Source of the DNA: a virus
Taxonomy: Duplodnaviria > Caudoviricetes
IMG/VR virus record: IMGVR_UViG_3300028886_000037
Span: 96,001 to 160,000 of that record
Reading direction: 5' to 3' (one strand)
DNA: 64,000 bases
A program made the translations under genes and the position numbers. The notes beneath the pieces are model-generated. The model was not told where the DNA came from. It searched no databases and saw nothing but the letters and a program-made list of their open reading frames with translations. Below, piece after piece: positions 61,672 to 64,000 of the stretch (within the stretch, counting starts at the first letter, position 1; each line of letters starts with the position of its first letter).

Positions 61672-61872
61672 TTATCGGTTAGATAGGATCTTAGATGCGC
61701 CAAAGACAGCTAATGCTCCGACGAGCGCTGATATGACGATCTTTCGGAAGATGTGCCTAGATTCCTTAGGTTCATCCCGATTCTGAGATTTGAGATCCTG
61801 ATATTCTTCTTTCGAGCCCACGAACGCGAAGCTCGGAGTGTCGAACATACTTTCATCACTTTCTGCAGTCAT
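61672..61872 (-). CDS. Small tail-anchored membrane protein
   Basis: C-terminal hydrophobic helix. Confidence 0.65.
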   Translation of the reverse strand: MTAESDESMFDTPSFAFVGSKEEYQDLKSQNRDEPKESRHIFRKIVISALVGALAVFGASKILSNR

Positions 61873-61884
61873 TTTTGTCTCCTT

Positions 61885-62382
61885 TTAGAATTGATCTTTG
61901 TACTTCTTGTTAGGTTCGCCTTCGTTGATCCAGCCATTGACCTTGTCGTCCCATAGCTCGCTAAGGAAGCAGATCAGGCCGACGATCGGAATGCCGATGA
62001 TGAGTGCTACAATGATGAATCCAGCGATCGTTCCGACTATCCACAGAATTCCGAGCACCACGTAGAGGACTCCAGAGACTCCGAAGACGTTCTTGAGCTT
62101 GTTCGACTCTTCCCAGGCGTCGAAGTCCTGGCAGCTCATTCCCTTCTCGATGTAGTACTTGTCATCACGATTCTTGTCGAACTTGACTATCGCGTAGAGG
62201 TCAGTCTTTCCGTCGACGGTGATGACCTTCTCGGTCTTGCACTCTGGCATGTGAGCGAAGTAGCGTCCCTCGTTGTATACGTTGTAGCAAGCGAGAACGA
62301 CAGCTCCGACCAATAAAATGTAGAGGATCGGCTGACAGATCCACTTGATAGAGAATCTCAAAACTTTCTTGAACTTGCGCAT
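61885..62382 (-). CDS. Membrane protein
   Basis: TM, two-Cys loop, TM region. Confidence 0.75.
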   Translation of the reverse strand: MRKFKKVLRFSIKWICQPILYILLVGAVVLACYNVYNEGRYFAHMPECKTEKVITVDGKTDLYAIVKFDKNRDDKYYIEKGMSCQDFDAWEESNKLKNVFGVSGVLYVVLGILWIVGTIAGFIIVALIIGIPIVGLICFLSELWDDKVNGWINEGEPNKKYKDQF

Positions 62383-62816
62383 TATGCTTCCTCCTCTTCG
62401 TCTTCAGTGTTTAGCCATTCGAGTAGTTTCTTGAACGCGGTGATGATTCCTCCGACGATCAACACGATCAGAGCTACGATCTCGACTAGCAAGAAGATTC
62501 CCCAGCAGATCCATGCAGTTTCTCCGTATTGTTCGATCATCTTAGGGTTAGCGTTGTACTCAGCGCAAGTGCTGTAAGACTTGATCTTCGTGATCGAAGC
62601 TCCATCTTCGGAGACTTCATAGGCTCGAAGCTCTCCGTCTTGGGTGCATAAAGGATCCTTACGGAGCTCGACGCACGTGCGGTGTTCCGCTTCTACCTCT
62701 GGAGCTGTAAAGACCATATAAGGGCCGATATTGAGCAAAAGAACAGCTATCGTGCAGATCGCGATGACTATCTTGTGCCGCTTGTTGAATTTGTGTGTAC
62801 ATCTCAGCGATGACAT
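62382..62816 (-). CDS. Membrane protein, similar layout to 61885..62382
   Basis: TM, Cys loop, TM, ends W-L-N-acidic. Confidence 0.75.
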   Translation of the reverse strand: MSSLRCTHKFNKRHKIVIAICTIAVLLLNIGPYMVFTAPEVEAEHRTCVELRKDPLCTQDGELRAYEVSEDGASITKIKSYSTCAEYNANPKMIEQYGETAWICWGIFLLVEIVALIVLIVGGIITAFKKLLEWLNTEDEEEEA

Positions 62817-62852
62817 TGTTACCTCTCGGTTTGAGTGAAATATAGAATTTCT

Positions 62853-63308
62853 CTACCATTCCTCTTTTCGCGCTACGGGAGTGTAGCGTTGAGGACCTGG
62901 CTGATAGTTAGACTTCTTGTTGCGGTCACGCCAACTAGGAAGCTGGTCGTGACTTGTGAGATGGAACTGGCCGCAGAGCTTGCAGAAGTACACGTACTTC
63001 TCTTTGCGGTCTTCATAGCCGTTCTGCTTGCTGCGGTTGCACATCAGGAGGGCATATTCCGCATCTTCCTTCTTCTTGTAGCCGATCTTTCCTGACGGAC
63101 AAGTCGAGTTCTCTTTCATCTCGGCTACGGGAATGAAGCCAGTCGCCTGATTAGCCTCTTCGCGACGCCATTCGCGAATCTTGGCTTCACGAGCGGGAAT
63201 CACTCGAGTTCTGAAGCAGTTGTCGCAGCAGACGCCTTCCGTGATCGGATCGGCTTTGCGGAAGTAGTGTTTGAGGAGGAATCCACAGATAGAGCAGTTT
63301 TGGGCCAT
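62853..63308 (-). CDS. Double Zn-finger protein
   Basis: CSICG..CCDNC..RVIP; CPSGK...YFCKLCGQFHLTS. Confidence 0.75.
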   Translation of the reverse strand: MAQNCSICGFLLKHYFRKADPITEGVCCDNCFRTRVIPAREAKIREWRREEANQATGFIPVAEMKENSTCPSGKIGYKKKEDAEYALLMCNRSKQNGYEDRKEKYVYFCKLCGQFHLTSHDQLPSWRDRNKKSNYQPGPQRYTPVARKEEW

Positions 63309-63380
63309 TTTTGAGTTTTTCTGTTTTTAAGGTGAAAAAGAAGCTGCACCCTCTGGTCTGGGTGCAGCGGGAGGAAAGGC

Positions 63381-64000
63381 TTATGCAGCCTTGGCAGCCT
63401 TCTTAGCGGCCTTCTTGTCAGCCTTGCGCTGTTCGAAGTAAGCCTTGATGGCTTCCAGCTTGTCGTGGCGAGTCTTGTCGTCCATAGCTTCGGCGATCGC
63501 CTGCTGCGGGAACATCTTGACTTCCACGACCTTGACGTTGGCGTTGGCCGGGATCTCAGCGCGACCCTGCCATTCCTGACGCTTCTTGGTGATGATGTCG
63601 GCGTCAGCTTCGACGTAGACGTAGTAGGTGAGAGATTCAGATCCGTCCTTCTTGTGGCGCATCAGAGTGGTGTGAGTGCCGATGAGAGACTTCATGTAGC
63701 CGTTGTAGGCGCTGATGAGAGTATCTTCGGTAGCGTCGATGAGCTGGTCACAGAAGCGGATGAACTCGGCTTCGAATTCGAACTTCTGACGACGGAGAGC
63801 GAGGATGACCGTCTTGACCTCTTCGTTCTTGATATACGGCATCAAGTCGTTGAAGGAGACAGAGTCGATGAGACGCATGTGATTGATCTTGATGGACTTC
63901 ATGTTGAAGTTGCCGCCGATGGACTTGTAGTACCACATGCGCTTGGAGTTCTTGTAAGTGTGGAAGTCCGGGTTGGCTTCGCGAAGATCGAAGATCTTGT
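63381..64000 (-). CDS. Hypothetical protein, probably starts beyond the window end
   Basis: Frame stays open upstream of the tracked ATG at 63938 to base 64000. Confidence 0.7.
   Translation of the reverse strand, partial: KIFDLREANPDFHTYKNSKRMWYYKSIGGNFNMKSIKINHMRLIDSVSFNDLMPYIKNEEVKTVILALRRQKFEFEAEFIRFCDQLIDATEDTLISAYNGYMKSLIGTHTTLMRHKKDGSESLTYYVYVEADADIITKKRQEWQGRAEIPANANVKVVEVKMFPQQAIAEAMDDKTRHDKLEAIKAYFEQRKADKKAAKKAAKAA

Noticed and set aside
1-64000. Stop-codon reassignment
   Set aside because: Core genes are full-length in code 11, end in TAA, TAG and TGA, and no suppressor anticodon was found.

Overview
A 64 kb segment of a large T4-like (Tevenvirinae-type gene content) myovirus genome, mostly on the minus strand. 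It carries portal (gp20), head-completion nuclease (gp4), primase (gp61), SSB (gp32), probable gp59 and gp33, helicase (gp41), UvsX, the N-half of terminase (gp17) ending in a short split-intein fragment, GyrB, GroES, clamp and clamp loader (gp45/44/62) and an NrdG-like activase. An NAD-dependent ligase is split into two distant genes. A plus-strand helicase/nuclease/split-methylase island and a dCMP-type thymidylate-synthase homologue with a dNMP kinase and dNTPase are also present. The most unusual part is a ~13.4 kb tRNA array (46.0-59.4 kb) with 34 canonical tRNA genes read by eye; none encodes CCA and 26 end in N-CTA. Interleaved with the tRNAs are (i) ten copies of a conserved RNA scaffold (closing stem + ACAGCAA + 3' G) whose cargo is variable: circularly permuted tRNAs, isolated anticodon arms or tRNA-like modules; (ii) five homing-endonuclease cassettes that each sit in a broken tRNA next to an intact replacement, of the same identity where it can be read; and (iii) several other structured RNAs and aberrant tRNAs. 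All calls come from manual reading; no database search or folding program was run.
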